64,000 bases of DNA from an uncultured Bacillota bacterium (GCA_963804645.1 CAWDRG010000009.1:1216001-1280000), one strand, 5' to 3'; counted from the stretch's first letter, positions 1 to 11,583 are shown. The notes: a model not told the origin generated them from the letters alone. Program-made: numbers and translations.

Positions 1-1
1 C

Positions 2-628
2 CACAACGTCGATCGCGTGGTCGATCGGTTCTTGCGCGGCGCGATGCCGACCCCGGAGATTCGGACGCGGACGCCCGAGGGCGAGGTCCGGATCGCCATC
101 GGCAGCGCGGACGAGCCGGCGGCGGCGGCGAACGGCGACCGGCCGCACAGCCGGGCGGCCAGCGCGCCCCACAAGGTGGTGCGCATCTATCCGTACGCGG
201 TCAGCCGCAACCGCCTCGAGCGGGCGATCCACGAGCTGCGGGTGCCGGCGGCGATCACCGACACCCTGCACAGCGCGGACGTGCTGCTCACGATCAAATC
301 GCAGGAGAAGCGGCAGCCGAAGCGCCTCCGGGACGCGGGCACGCGCGGGCTCGCGACCCACGTGATCAAGAGCAACACCCTGTCGCAGATCGAGGGAGTG
401 CTGCGGGAGATTTTCGGGGTCGAAGAGCGCCTGAGCGGGGAGGAGGTCGCGCTCCGGGAGGTGGAGGAGGCGATCTCCGAGGTGATGTCCTCGGCGCAGC
501 CGGTCGAGCTGTCGCCGCAGAACTCCTACGTGCGCCGGCTCCAGCACCAGCTGATCGAGCGCTACGGCCTCGCGTCGGAGAGCAAAGGCACCGATCCGTT
601 CAGGCGGGTGGTGATCTATCCGCAGTGA
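2..628 (+). CDS. R3H-domain protein, C-terminal part (probably SpoIIIAA/Ycf45-like AAA ATPase-R3H); 5' end outside window
   Basis: Frame open from window start; C-terminal R3H motif 'VELSPQNSYVRRLQHQLIERYGLASESKGTDPFRRVVIYP'. Confidence 0.8.
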   Translation, partial: HNVDRVVDRFLRGAMPTPEIRTRTPEGEVRIAIGSADEPAAAANGDRPHSRAASAPHKVVRIYPYAVSRNRLERAIHELRVPAAITDTLHSADVLLTIKSQEKRQPKRLRDAGTRGLATHVIKSNTLSQIEGVLREIFGVEERLSGEEVALREVEEAISEVMSSAQPVELSPQNSYVRRLQHQLIERYGLASESKGTDPFRRVVIYPQ

Positions 629-1340
629 GCCCCCCGCGGCCGGTCCGGCCAGCCCGACCGGCCTGTTCCTAACGCTCGAAGGTCCGGAGGGCGCCGGGAA
701 GACCACGCAGGCGCGCCGGCTCGTTGAGGTGCTGCGCGCCGAAGGGCACGACGTCGCGCACGTCCGCGAGCCCGGCGGGACCCCGATCGGCGAAGCGATC
801 CGCGCGCTCCTCCTCGACCCGCGCCACGGCGAGCTCGCCGCCCGCACCGAGATGTTGTTGTTCGCGGCCTCGCGCGCGCAGCTGGTCGCCGAGGTGATTC
901 GACCGGTCCTCCTCCGGGGTACACTCGTCGTCTGCGAACGGTACATCGACGCGTCGCTCGCCTACCAGGGGATCGGCCGGGGCCTGGGGGTCGAGGTGGT
1001 GCGCGCCGTGAACGCGGCGGGAACGGGCGGGCTCATGCCGGACCTCACGCTGCTCCTCGACATCGAGTCGGCCGTCGGCCTGCGGCGGGCGCGGGCCGCC
1101 GCCGGATCTCGCGGACGGTCGGAGGCGTGGGACGGAGGCGACCGCTTGGAGCGCGAGGCCCTCGCGTTTCACGAGCGCGTGCGGGAGGGGTTTCTTTCCC
1201 TCGCGCGGAAAGACCCAGAGCGCATCTGCGTCGTCGACGCGCGCGGGACGCCGGACGAGGTTCACCAGCTGATCATGGGGCTGGTCCGCGAGCGGCTCGA
1301 CACTGGACGGCAGGCGACCGAAGGGAGACAGCGCCCATGA
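625..1340 (+). CDS. tmk: Thymidylate kinase (apparent frameshift near 5' end)
   Basis: 'GLFLTLEGPEGAGKTTQ' P-loop (660-710), 'REPGGT', 'ERYIDASLAYQG'. The likely GTG start at 625, overlapping the upstream TGA, is out of frame with the body; a C-run lies at 630-635. Confidence 0.92.
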
Positions 1341-1666
1341 AGCTGATCCTCGCGATCGTCCAGGAGAAGGACTCCCGCAAGCTGATGGAAGGTCTCGTCG
1401 CCGCGGAGTTCCAGGCGACCATGCTCGCCAGCACCGGCGGCTTCCTCCGGGAAGGCAACTCCACGATCCTCATCGGCACGGACGAGCACCGCGTCGACGG
1501 CGCGCTGGCGGTCATCCAGAAGACGTGCCGGGTGCGCGAGCAGCTGGTGAGCCCGCTCCCTCCGGTCGTGGAACCGGTCGACTCCTACATCTCGTACCCC
1601 GTCAAAGTGCAGGTCGGCGGCGCGACGGTGTTCGTGCTCGACGTCGACCGTCTCGTCAAGATCTGA
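1337..1666 (+). CDS. darA: Cyclic-di-AMP receptor, PII-like (DarA/PstA/YaaQ family)
   Basis: 109 aa: 'MKLILAIVQEKD...LASTGGFLREGNSTILIG...VQVGGATVFVLDVD'; ATGA overlap with tmk; tmk-yaaQ-holB context as in Bacillota. Confidence 0.9.
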   Translation: MKLILAIVQEKDSRKLMEGLVAAEFQATMLASTGGFLREGNSTILIGTDEHRVDGALAVIQKTCRVREQLVSPLPPVVEPVDSYISYPVKVQVGGATVFVLDVDRLVKI

Positions 1667-1791
1667 TCGCCGGTCCCACCGTCACAGCACTCGCACCCGC
1701 GGAGCCGCGTGCGCCTTGAGGCTCCGTGCAACGAATACGCATGGGCGCGGCGATGCGGGCCCGCCGTATTCATTGCTCTCGTCGTGTGTCG

Positions 1792-2475
1792 TTAACTCCC
1801 GAGGACGTTGATCGCGCGCGCCCCGACTACCACGATGGCCACGAGCGAGATGGCGCCTTGCACCAGCATCAACAGCTTCGCGCGCGAGGTGAGCGGCATC
1901 GTGTCGGTGGGGCTGAACGCCGTCGACGTCGTGAATCCCAAAGACAGGTAGTCGGCGAACGACGGTCGCCAGTCGGCCGGGACGTGTGCGGGGGTCCCCA
2001 TCTGGGCGAAAAACCAATCGGGGCGGATGCCTCGGTCGCTCGCCCGGGCGTTCGGACCGCCTCGATCGATCTCCCAGTAGAGCAGGGAAAACACCAGCAC
2101 GTTCGAGGTCCAGATGACGACGGACGAGGAGAGCAGTGACAGTCCGCTGACACTCCCTGGATGTCGGACGATCGCGTCTGTCAGCACCTCGAGATTCACC
2201 ACGATGGCCGCGGTCACGGCCGCAATGAAGAGCAACGTGACCGTGCGCTCGATGCGCAGCCATACCGCGCTGGCAGGAGCCGCGGAGACGGCCGCCATCG
2301 GGGCGAGCACCACGGCGGCGGCGACGGACCACGACCAGATCGGCACCACGCGCACCCGATTGGGGAGCCACGTGTCCAGCGCGACCATGGCGAGGATGGT
2401 GAGCGCGGCGGGCCACCGTGCTTCGTGCCGCGACGGCTTCACCGACGCGTCTGACGCTGGAGCGCGCGCTCTCAC
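1792..2475 (-). CDS. DUF1345-like membrane protein
   Basis: Several TM segments; 'YWEIDRGGP...PDWFFAQM...WRPSFADYLSLGFTTSTAFSPTDTMPLTSRAKLLM'; start uncertain. Confidence 0.75.
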   Translation of the reverse strand: MRARAPASDASVKPSRHEARWPAALTILAMVALDTWLPNRVRVVPIWSWSVAAAVVLAPMAAVSAAPASAVWLRIERTVTLLFIAAVTAAIVVNLEVLTDAIVRHPGSVSGLSLLSSSVVIWTSNVLVFSLLYWEIDRGGPNARASDRGIRPDWFFAQMGTPAHVPADWRPSFADYLSLGFTTSTAFSPTDTMPLTSRAKLLMLVQGAISLVAIVVVGARAINVLGS

Positions 2476-2791
2476 GCCGAGGTCCTCGCGGGGCGCAGAG
2501 GCCGCGACGCGGCGATCGGTCCGTGGAGGGATACCCGGGCGTCGGTGGATGCCCGTCTCTTGCGGGGCGCGCGGATGCGCCGGCTCAAAGGCGTTATTCG
2601 CGGACCCACCGGTGGCGTGCGCATCGTACTGCCCTGAACTTCGATCTGGATCGGCGGTCTCCTACGGCATCGTGCGATGCGCGACCCGATCCGGGACGAC
2701 CGCGGATGGCGTCCGGGGATGGAGTCTGGCATACTCTACTCATGCGAGGACTGCGTTGGCCCATTCGTCCGCCCCGAGGCCTCGATCACCT

Positions 2792-3832
2792 ATGCCATTC
2801 GCCGATCTGATCGACCAGCGTCACGCCCAGGCGCTGCTGCGGGGCGCGCTGAGAAGCGGCCGCGTGTCGCACGCGTACCTGTTCGTCGGTCCCTCCGGGG
2901 TCGGCCGCCTCGCGACGGCGCGCGCGTTCGCGCAGGCGCTGCTGTGCGCGGAGCCCGGGGACGACGCGTGCGGGCGCTGCCCCGCCTGCCGCAAGGTCGC
3001 CGCGGGCGCGCACCCGGACCTGCGCGTCATCGCGCCGGGAGGGCGCACGGAGACCGGGGCGGAGCGCCGGGCGGTCGGCATCGATCAGATCCGTGAGCTC
3101 AAGCGCGAGGCCGCGTACGGGCCGTACGAGGGGCCCCGCAAGATCTTCATCGTCGAGGACGCCGAAGCGATGCGGGCGGAAGCCGCGAACAGCCTGCTCA
3201 AGATCGTGGAAGAGCCGCCGCCCGGCGTGATCATGGTGCTGATCGCGGAGTCCGCCGCGGCACTGCTGCCGACGCTGGTGTCGCGCTCGCAGTTGGTCCG
3301 ATTTTCGTTCGTGCCGACTCGCGAGATCGCGGACGCGCTCGTGGAGCGCTTCGGCGTGCCGGCAGACCGGGCGCGGTTTCTCGCCGCCATCTCCGGCGGC
3401 CGCGTCGGGACGGCCGTGGCCGCCGCGGCGGCCGGCGACGAGCCCTTCGACCGGCGGGTCGAGGTGCTGAAGACCCTCGACGCGGTCCTGCGCGGCGACA
3501 CGGTGGTCCGGCTCGACGCCGCCGAGTCGGTCGCGCGCCAGCGCGACGAGATCGAGCGCTGGCTGGATATCGCGCTGTTGTGGATCCGGGACGTCGTGGT
3601 GTGGCAGGAGACCCAGGACCCCGCGCAGCTGGCGAACCTGGACTCGCGCCGGGACGTCGCCGGGTGGGCCGCGTGGGCCAAGCCGGACGGGCTCCGGAGG
3701 GCCGCCGCGGCGATCGAAGAGGCGAAAGTGGATCTCACGCGCAACCTGAATCCGCGCCTCGTCCTGGAAACCCTGTTCGCGCGGCTGGACCTCGGGACGC
3801 CCGCCGCGCCCTCCGCCGCCCCGCGCCGCTGA
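2792..3832 (+). CDS. holB: DNA polymerase III delta' subunit
   Basis: '[14 protein letters not shown]', zinc motif 'C...CGRCPAC', 'HPDL', '[13 protein letters not shown]', '[10 protein letters not shown]'. Confidence 0.92.
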   Translation: MPFADLIDQRHAQALLRGALRSGRVSHAYLFVGPSGVGRLATARAFAQALLCAEPGDDACGRCPACRKVAAGAHPDLRVIAPGGRTETGAERRAVGIDQIRELKREAAYGPYEGPRKIFIVEDAEAMRAEAANSLLKIVEEPPPGVIMVLIAESAAALLPTLVSRSQLVRFSFVPTREIADALVERFGVPADRARFLAAISGGRVGTAVAAAAAGDEPFDRRVEVLKTLDAVLRGDTVVRLDAAESVARQRDEIERWLDIALLWIRDVVVWQETQDPAQLANLDSRRDVAGWAAWAKPDGLRRAAAAIEEAKVDLTRNLNPRLVLETLFARLDLGTPAAPSAAPRR

Positions 3833-3843
3833 TCGCGGCGCCG

Positions 3844-6800
3844 CTACTCGCCGGGCGCGGAGACCGCGCCGCTCAGGCCGAGCTGGCGCTCGACGAGGTC
3901 GGCGTACAGTCCGCCGCGCCGCGAGCAGGCTGGTGTGCGTGCCCGTTTCGACGAGGCGTCCCTGGTCGAGTACCGCGATCAGATCGGCGGCGCGGACCGT
4001 CGACAGCCGGTGCGCGATCACGATCGTCGTGCGGTCGCGCATGAGTGCGTCGAGCGCTTGCCGCACGAGCGCCTCGTTGAGCGCGTCCAGGTGCGAGGTG
4101 GCCTCGTCGAGGATCAGCACGGGCGCGTTCTTGAGGAACGCGCGGGCGATCGCCACCCGCTGCCGCTGGCCGCCGGACAGCTGCACGCCCCGCTCGCCCA
4201 CGCGCGTGTCGAGGCGGTCGGGCAGGCTCGCGACGAGGTCGGCCAACGCCGCGCGCTCGAGCGCGAGGCAGGATCTCCGCGTCGTCCGCGTCCGGCTTGG
4301 CGAGGAGTACGTTCCCGCGCAGGGTGTCGTTGAAGAGATACGTGTCCTGCGCGACGAGCGCGATCCGGCGGCGCAAGTGGTCGAGCGCGTACGCGCGCAG
4401 GTCGTGGCCGTCGAGGGTGATCGAGCCGCTCGCGGGATCCCAAAAGCGCAGCAGGAGGTTCGCGGCGGTGGTCTTGCCCGCGCCCGAGGGGCCGACCAGC
4501 GCCACGGTGGCGCCCGGGGGGACCTCCAGACTGACGTCTGAGAGCGCCGGGCGGCGCGCCCCAGGATAGGCGAACGTGACGCGGTCGAACCGGATCGCCG
4601 ATCCGCCGCGCGCAGGCGGCCGCGGGGTCTCCGGGCCGTCGGTCACGGTGACCGGCTCGCGGTGGACGCGGTGGAGCCGCCGGGTCGACGCGAAGGTATC
4701 CGCCAGCTGGCGGCCGACGTTCGCGATCTCCGAGACCGGCAGGAACGCCGCGACCGCGAGCAGCGTGAGCAGCGGCAGCACTCCCGGGTCGAGGCGCCGG
4801 TGGGCCGCGAGCCACGCGCCCGTAGCGGCGACGGCGAGGCCGCCGAGCCCCATGCTCACCTCCAGCTGGGCCGTCTGGTGCGACAGATCCCGGTAGAACT
4901 CGAGGCGCGTGGTTTGATAGGCGCCGACGATCTCCATGAACTCGGCGCGGCGGCGGCCGACCGCCTGGAACGCGACCAGCTCCGAGAGGCCTTGAATCGT
5001 ATCGGCGACGTGGGCCGTGAGCCGCCCGAGGCCTTCCCGGGCGCGGGCGCCGATCTCGTCGATGCGCCGTCGAAGGAACAGCGGCCCGATCGCGACGTAG
5101 GCGAGCGGCGGGAACAGCGCGAGGGCGACGGGCCACGCCACGATCGCGAGGACGACGAGGACGGCGGCCGGGGTGAGCAGCGCCACCGCCGCCGGGGTGA
5201 GCGTGTGCGCGTAGAAGAACTCGATCGTCTCCACGTCCTGCGTGGCAAGGCCGACGAGGTCCCCCGACCGGCGGCGCAGCAGGTACGCCGGCGCGAGGGC
5301 GTCCAACTTCGCGAACAGCGCGATCCGCATATCGGTCATCAGTTTGTACGCCATGACGTGGGCGAGGTAGGCCTCGACCCACTGCAGGAGCCCGACCAGC
5401 GGCGTCACCACGGCGAGCAGCACCAGGAGCCGGCCGTACGGCGCGTGGTGCCGCACCGCCACGACGATCAGGGCGCTCGCGACCGCGACGCCGACGAAGG
5501 CTGAGACGCGGCCGATCCCCGACAGCATCGTGACCGCGAGCATCCCGCGCAGCGGCGCGACGAACCGGAGCAGCATGGCGACGGTTCCGCCGAGCGGCAG
5601 CGCATCGGCGCGCACGATCGCGTCCGACGGCTCCTCTTCATCCGCGCTCCCGAGGAGGTCGGGGGTGCCCCGCGCCTCCGCGGGACGCGCCGCGCGCGGC
5701 TCGGCCGCGGGGCCGCGTTCCTCCGCCTGGCTTCCCATCAGGCGCTGATACGCGCCGTCGAGCCGCATCAATGCGTCGTGCCGGCCGCTTTCGACGACCC
5801 GACCGCCCTCGACCACGAGGATGCGATCCGCGTCGATCACGCTGGAGAGCCGATGCGCCAGGATCAGGGTCGTGCGGCCGGCCATCAGCCGGTTGAGGGC
5901 CTCCTGAATCACCGCTTCGTTTTCCGCATCGACCGACGACAGGGCCTCGTCGAGGATCAGAATCGGCGCGTCGCGCAGGAGGGCGCGGGCGATCGCGAGG
6001 CGCTGCCGCTGCCCGCCGGACAGCTTGGCCCCGCGCTCACCGATGACCGTCGCGTATCCCTGGGGCAGCAGCTGGATGAACTCGTGCGCGTTCGCAGCCC
6101 GCGCCGCGGCGTGCACCGCGTCCGCGCTGGCGTCCGGCCGGCCGAGCCGGAGGTTCTCCTCGACCGTCCCGTGGAACAGGTAGGTGTCCTGCTGCACCAC
6201 CGCGATCCGCGCGCGCGCCTGTTCGGGGTCGATCGTCCGCAGATCCCGGCCGCCGATGCGCACGACGCCCTCCTGCGGGTCGTACAGCCGCAGCAGCAGG
6301 CGTGCGATCGACGACTTGCCCGCGCCGCTCGGCCCGACGATCCCGACGCGCTCGCCGGCGTCGACGGAGAATGACAGCCCGTCGAGGGCGATGCCGCGCC
6401 GGCCCGGGTAGGCGAACCGCACGCCCTCGAACGCGATCGTGGGGCTCAGCGACACCGGCGCCGTCCCGGCCCCCGGCAGCGCCGGTACGTCCGCGTCGAG
6501 CAGCGCCGTGATGCCGATCGCCGCGGCCTGGCCGACGAGGCCCTGATGCAGCACCGTCCGGAGGTCGCGCAGCGGCCGGAAGATCTCGGTGCCCGCCATG
6601 AGGACGATCAGCAGCGCCTGCAGGCTCATGAGCCCATGGGAGACCCGGTAGGCGCCGAGCGTGAGGGCGACCGCCGCGCCGCTCGCCACCACGAAGTCGG
6701 CGACCCCGCGGCTCGAGAGGTTGGTGGCGAGCACGCGGATCGTGTCGCGCGACAGCGCGCGCGCCCGGTCGGCGAGCATGCGCCCCCGCGCGGCGCTCTG

Positions 6801-7436
6801 GCCGAACGCCTTCAGGGTGGCGAGGCCCTGCAGCGCGTCGAGAAACTCCTCGCTGAAGGTCTTCTGCGACGCGCGCAGCGCCATGCTGGCGCTCCGGCGG
6901 CCCTGGTGGGCCGTCGACGGCAGCACGAGCCCGAGCAGCGCGAAGACGAGCATCGTCGCGGCCACCGGGACGTCCCACCATGCGATGAACAGGAAGATCG
7001 CGACCGGCGTCAGCGCCGTCACGCACAGCTGGGGGAGGTACTGGCCGAAGAACGTCTGCAGCTGCTCGACGCCGTCCACGATCGAGAGCATGACGCCCCC
7101 GGTGCGCTCGCCGGCGAACCACGCCGGACCAAGCGCCGCCACCTTGTCGTAGAGTTGGCCCCGGAGGAGCGCCTGGATGCGCGACGCGGTGCGGTGCGCG
7201 ATCATCGCCCGCGCGTGCTCGAGCACGCCGCGCAGCAGCACCGCCGCGGCCGCCGTGGCGATCGGCAGCAGCAGCGCGTCCGTCGGCGCGCCGCGGAGGA
7301 CGAGCGCGAGCAGCCAGCCCAGGGCGACGAAGCGGGCGATGCCGACGAACGACGCGAGGAGTCCGACGGCGACCGCCGCCGCGATCCGTCCGCGCACCCC
7401 CCGCATCAGGGCCCACAGGCGGCGATCGAAGTACAT
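3844..7436 (-). CDS. Fused ABC exporter (TMD-NBD-TMD-NBD, CydD/CydC-like) with two apparent +1 frameshifts (~4270, ~3920)
   Basis: Two Walker A motifs ([16 protein letters not shown]) and two LSGGQRQR signatures. The second NBD continues in a shifted frame after 'DADDAEI' and again after 'THTSLLA' to '[14 protein letters not shown]...*' ending at 3844. Confidence 0.85.
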
Positions 7437-7495
7437 CAGCCCTCCGCCGTCACCACGGGTGGATGCGGGCGCCGCGCCTATCGGTGGTCATCGTC

Positions 7496-7720
7496 TTAGT
7501 GCGCGATCGCCCGGACGAGGATCAGCAGCGCGAGGATCCCGAGCGCGACCGCCCACCACGGAATTCCCCGGCGCTGTTTGGCGGGCTGGTCGCCCCGGGC
7601 GGCGCACGTCTCGCAGTAGTTGCCCGAGGACGTCCGGACGAGGCACGAGGAGCACAGCGCTTTGCCGCAGGTCGCGCAGTAGCCGAGCGCGAGCCGGTCG
7701 GGGTGGTTGGCGCACTTCAT
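7496..7720 (-). CDS. Small B-box-type zinc-finger membrane protein (74 aa)
   Basis: 'MKCANHPDR...YCATCGKALCSSC...NYCETC' followed by a C-terminal hydrophobic helix; start overlaps nfo stop. Confidence 0.75.
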   Translation of the reverse strand: MKCANHPDRLALGYCATCGKALCSSCLVRTSSGNYCETCAARGDQPAKQRRGIPWWAVALGILALLILVRAIAH

Positions 7721-8571
7721 CCTGCCACCGCCGCGCGCGGCGCCGGACGGAGGCGCTTGAGGAGCATCACGTTCTTGCGGTCGGGGCCCGTGCCCGCGAA
7801 CCCGGGCGTCTCGATCACGCCGGGAAGGCGGCCGAGCACGGGGTTGGCCAGCACGGCGCGGAACCCGGCCCGCCCGATCCATCCCTCGCCGATGTTCTCG
7901 TGACGGTCCAGGTGCGATCCAAGCGCGCCCTTGGAGTCGTTGAGATGCAGGACGCGCAGGTGGCGCGCGCCGACGGTCCGGTCGAACGCGGAAACCGCCG
8001 CGGCGACGCCGCGCGGCGTCCGCAGGTCCCATCCGGCGGCGTACAGGTGCGCCGTGTCGAGGCAGATCCCGAGCCGCCGGTGGCCGACCGTGTCGAGGAT
8101 CTCCCACAGCTCCTCGAACCGGCCGCCGATCGTGCCGCCGGCGCTTCCCTCGAGCAGGACCATCGCGCGGCCGCTGTCGCGCAGCGCGCTCCGGATCGCG
8201 CGCCCGATCCGCCGCCGGGCCTCGGGCCAGGGCGCGCCGACGGCGCTGCCGATGTGCGTGATCGCGGCGAGGCCGCCGAGCGCGTCCATGCCTTGGACGG
8301 TGTGGGCGAGGGCGGCGACCGAGCGGCGGTGCAGGCCGGGATCCGGCGCGGCCAGGTTGATCAGGTACGGCGCGTGGGCGACGAGCGGCTCGAGGCCCGC
8401 CGCCCGCCGGCGCCGGCGGAACTCGGCGAGATCGGCCGGCTGATACGCGACGCGCCGCCACTGGCGCGGGCTGCCGACAAAGATCTGCAGGCACTCGCAG
8501 CCGATCGCCTGGGCACGGGGGATCGCGTCGTAGATGTGGCCGCTGATGGAGACGTGGGCGCCGATGGGCAC
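7717..8571 (-). CDS. nfo: Endonuclease IV
   Basis: 'IGAHVSISG', 'HAPYLINLA', 'CLDTAHLYAAGWD', 'HLNDSKGALGSHLDRHENIGEG', 'IETP'. Confidence 0.93.
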   Translation of the reverse strand: MPIGAHVSISGHIYDAIPRAQAIGCECLQIFVGSPRQWRRVAYQPADLAEFRRRRRAAGLEPLVAHAPYLINLAAPDPGLHRRSVAALAHTVQGMDALGGLAAITHIGSAVGAPWPEARRRIGRAIRSALRDSGRAMVLLEGSAGGTIGGRFEELWEILDTVGHRRLGICLDTAHLYAAGWDLRTPRGVAAAVSAFDRTVGARHLRVLHLNDSKGALGSHLDRHENIGEGWIGRAGFRAVLANPVLGRLPGVIETPGFAGTGPDRKNVMLLKRLRPAPRAAVAG

Positions 8572-8705
8572 GCCGAGATGGTTCGGGGCGGCCGGTGGTC
8601 CTTCCCTGCGTCGGCGGGCGGAGGAGCGCTCCCGGCGGCTCGCGAAGCCAGCGCATCACGCCGCCGCCCGCCGACGGGCGGCGCGTGCGGCGAAGGAGGA
8701 CGGCG

Positions 8706-9890
8706 ATGGCCGAACATGCAGGGCGTGGCTTTACGACGCGCGCGGTGCACGGGGGCAAGATCCCCGACGAGAACAAGTCGGTGGTCACCCCGATCTACCA
8801 GACCGCGACGTTTCGCTACGACACGGTGGAGGAGGGCGCCCGGCTCGGCGCCGAGTCCGCGCCCGGCTACTTCTACACGCGCTGGGCCAACCCGACGACC
8901 GACATGCTCGAGCAGAAGGTCGCGCTCCTCGAGGGGGCGGAGGCCGGGCTCGCCGTGTCGAGCGGCATGGCCGCGATCTCGACCGCGGTCCTCGGCCTGG
9001 TGCGCGGCGGCGACCACGTGGTGGCGCCGAAGGCGGTCTATCAGGCGACGTTCGGGATGCTGCACAGCCTGCTGCCGCAGTACGGGGTGGAGACCACGTT
9101 CCTCGACGACCCCGATCTGAGCGCGTACGAGCGCGCGATCCGTCCGAACACCAAGCTCCTGTATATTGAGACGCCGAACAACCCGCTGCTCGGCGTCACC
9201 GACATCGCCGGGGTCGTGGCGCTGGCCAAGGCGTGCGGCGCGTGGACCATCGCGGACAACACCTTCGCGACGCCGTACAATCAGACCCCGCTCGCGCTCG
9301 GCGTGGACCTGGTGTGCCACAGCGCCACGAAGTATCTCGGCGGCCACCACGACGTCACGGCCGGGGTGCTCTGCGGCGGGCGCGACCTCGTCCGGCGGTG
9401 CGTGGGCACGATGCGCATCTTCGGCGGGGTCCTCGATCCGTTCGCGGCGTACCTCGTGGTCCGCGGCATCATGACGCTCGGCCTCCGGATGCAGCGGCAC
9501 AACGCGAACGCGCTCGCGCTCGCGCGGCACCTGGCTGCGCATCCGGACGTCGCCCGCGTGCACTATCCCGGCCTGCCCGGCCATCCGCGCCACGAGGTGG
9601 CGGCGCGCCAGATGCCCGGCGGCTACGGGGGGATGATGAGCATCGAAGTGCGCGGCGACGTCGCGGCCGGCGCGCACTGCGTCGAGGCCCTCCGGGTCGG
9701 CAAGCTGGCCGTGAGCCTCGGCGGCGTCAGCACGCTCGTGACCCACCCGGCCTCCACGACGAGCGTAAATATGCCTCCCGAAGTCCGCCGCGCCGCCGGC
9801 ATCGCGGACGGGCTGATCCGGATCTCGGTCGGCATCGAGGATCTCGACGATCTAATCGCCGACTTCGACCAGGCGCTCGTGCAGATCTAG
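8706..9890 (+). CDS. Cys/Met metabolism PLP enzyme (cystathionine gamma-synthase / methionine gamma-lyase family)
   Basis: RBS AAGGAGGA; 'PIYQTATF', 'YTRWANPT', 'SSGMAAI', 'DNTFATP', 'HSATKYLGGH'. Confidence 0.9.
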   Translation: MAEHAGRGFTTRAVHGGKIPDENKSVVTPIYQTATFRYDTVEEGARLGAESAPGYFYTRWANPTTDMLEQKVALLEGAEAGLAVSSGMAAISTAVLGLVRGGDHVVAPKAVYQATFGMLHSLLPQYGVETTFLDDPDLSAYERAIRPNTKLLYIETPNNPLLGVTDIAGVVALAKACGAWTIADNTFATPYNQTPLALGVDLVCHSATKYLGGHHDVTAGVLCGGRDLVRRCVGTMRIFGGVLDPFAAYLVVRGIMTLGLRMQRHNANALALARHLAAHPDVARVHYPGLPGHPRHEVAARQMPGGYGGMMSIEVRGDVAAGAHCVEALRVGKLAVSLGGVSTLVTHPASTTSVNMPPEVRRAAGIADGLIRISVGIEDLDDLIADFDQALVQI

Positions 9891-9998
9891 GAGACGGGCA
9901 CCCGGCCCACCCCGCCGGCACGCCGTCCGACAAGGGTTCGCCCGCGCATAGGGAGTACCATAGCGGTGCGCACGGTGTCAGGCGCAGGGAGGTGCGGG

Positions 9999-11552
9999 AT
10001 GAAACGGCGTGAGCTGCTCAAGACCGCGGTGGCGGGGGCGGGTCTGGCCGCGCTCGCGGGATGGCGCGTCACGGAGGCCGCGGCGGCGGGCCCCGCGCGG
10101 GGCGGCACGCTCTCGTGGGCGTACACGACGATTCCGCTCCGGCTCGATCCCCTCTGGACTCAGGCGCGCACGGACAGCACCACGATCTCGAATATCTGCG
10201 AAGGCCTGGTCAGGGCGAACGCGACCGCGACCGCGGTCGAGCCCGCGCTCGCCGCGCGCTGGACCGTGAGCGGCAACGGCCTCACGTATACGTTTTACCT
10301 CCGCGACGGCGTCCGCTTTCACAACGGGAAGCCGGTGACCGCGGACGACGTGGTCGCCTCGCTCACGCGGTCGCAGACGCTCGGGGTCTACAAGTGGAGC
10401 CTGGCGGATGTGAAGACCATCGTCAAGCTCAACGACACGACGGTCGCGCTCGTCTTGAACGCGCCGGTGGCCAGCATTCTGGCGCGCCTGGCGATGATCT
10501 CCAACGCCGTGTTTCCGAAGGACGAGATCGACGCGATCGGGCAGCAGGAGTTCAAGAAGCCGATCGGGACCGGCCCGTTCATGGTCCGCGAGTGGGTGCC
10601 GAACGACCACCTCACGCTCGACGCGAACCCCCATTACTGGGAGATGGCCCCGGACGGCAAGCCATTTCCCTATCTCGACGGGGTGAGCATCAAGCAGGTG
10701 CCCGAGGACACGACCAAGGTGCTGCAGATCCAGGCCGGCGACCTCAACGGCGCCGAGGCGATCCCCTTCAGCCAGGTCCCGGCGCTCAAGCGCGACCCGC
10801 GCGGGCAGCTCCTGACGTTTCCGCAGCAGCAGGTGTACTTCATGGTGCTGCAGCTGACGCGCCCGCCGTTCGACGACGTCAAGGTCCGCCAGGCGATGAG
10901 CCTGGCGCTCGACCGGTCCGTGTTCGTCGACCGGGCGACGTCGGGGGTCGCGGTGCCGGCCAACTCGCTGATGCCGAAGAGCGGCCTCTACTGGAACGCC
11001 CGGGCGAGCCTTCCGTTCGACCCGACGAAGGCGAAGGAGCTGATGAAGGAGTCCAAGTATCCGACCGGGCGGAGCGGCATCACGATCCAGCTGCCGAGCG
11101 GGAGCCAGATCGGCCGCGACAACGCCGTCCTCGCCCAGCAGATGTGGGGGGAGGTCGGCCTCCAGGTGCAGATTCAGGAAGTCGACGGCTCGGCGCTCTC
11201 GGCCGCGTGGTACAAGAGCAGCTTCGACGCGATCTCGGGCTACCAGTGGACGAACGGGATGATGGACCCCGACCAGCTGGTGCAGTTCTTCTTCGTCGAC
11301 CCGAAGATGAACACCGGCTACCAGCCGAGCGATCACGCGGTGCAGCTCGTGAAATCGGCGGCCGAGGAGCTCGATCCGAAGAAGCGGGCGCAGATGTACT
11401 ACGAGATCCAGAACATCTACGACGCCGACATCGGCGGGACGATCCCGCTCTACTACACGCCGTCGGTGAACTATCTCACGCCGACCGTGCAGGGGTTCGC
11501 CCGGACGCCCCTTGGCGTGCCCATTTACTGGAGGACGTCGCTCCGAAAGTAA
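9999..11552 (+). CDS. ABC transporter substrate-binding protein, family 5 (peptide/nickel), Tat signal
   Basis: 'MKRRELLK' twin-arginine signal; 'YTFYLRDGVRFHNGKPVTADDV', 'PIGTGPF'. Confidence 0.9.
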   Translation: MKRRELLKTAVAGAGLAALAGWRVTEAAAAGPARGGTLSWAYTTIPLRLDPLWTQARTDSTTISNICEGLVRANATATAVEPALAARWTVSGNGLTYTFYLRDGVRFHNGKPVTADDVVASLTRSQTLGVYKWSLADVKTIVKLNDTTVALVLNAPVASILARLAMISNAVFPKDEIDAIGQQEFKKPIGTGPFMVREWVPNDHLTLDANPHYWEMAPDGKPFPYLDGVSIKQVPEDTTKVLQIQAGDLNGAEAIPFSQVPALKRDPRGQLLTFPQQQVYFMVLQLTRPPFDDVKVRQAMSLALDRSVFVDRATSGVAVPANSLMPKSGLYWNARASLPFDPTKAKELMKESKYPTGRSGITIQLPSGSQIGRDNAVLAQQMWGEVGLQVQIQEVDGSALSAAWYKSSFDAISGYQWTNGMMDPDQLVQFFFVDPKMNTGYQPSDHAVQLVKSAAEELDPKKRAQMYYEIQNIYDADIGGTIPLYYTPSVNYLTPTVQGFARTPLGVPIYWRTSLRK

Positions 11553-11583
11553 CGGCGCGCGTCGCGGCACGCGGGAGACGTCG

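Noticed and set aside
3844..4290. Programmed frameshifting or true pseudogene in the ABC exporter (also tmk and the sugar permease)
   Set aside because: No slippery heptamers and no further decay; the scattered single-base pattern fits assembly error better.
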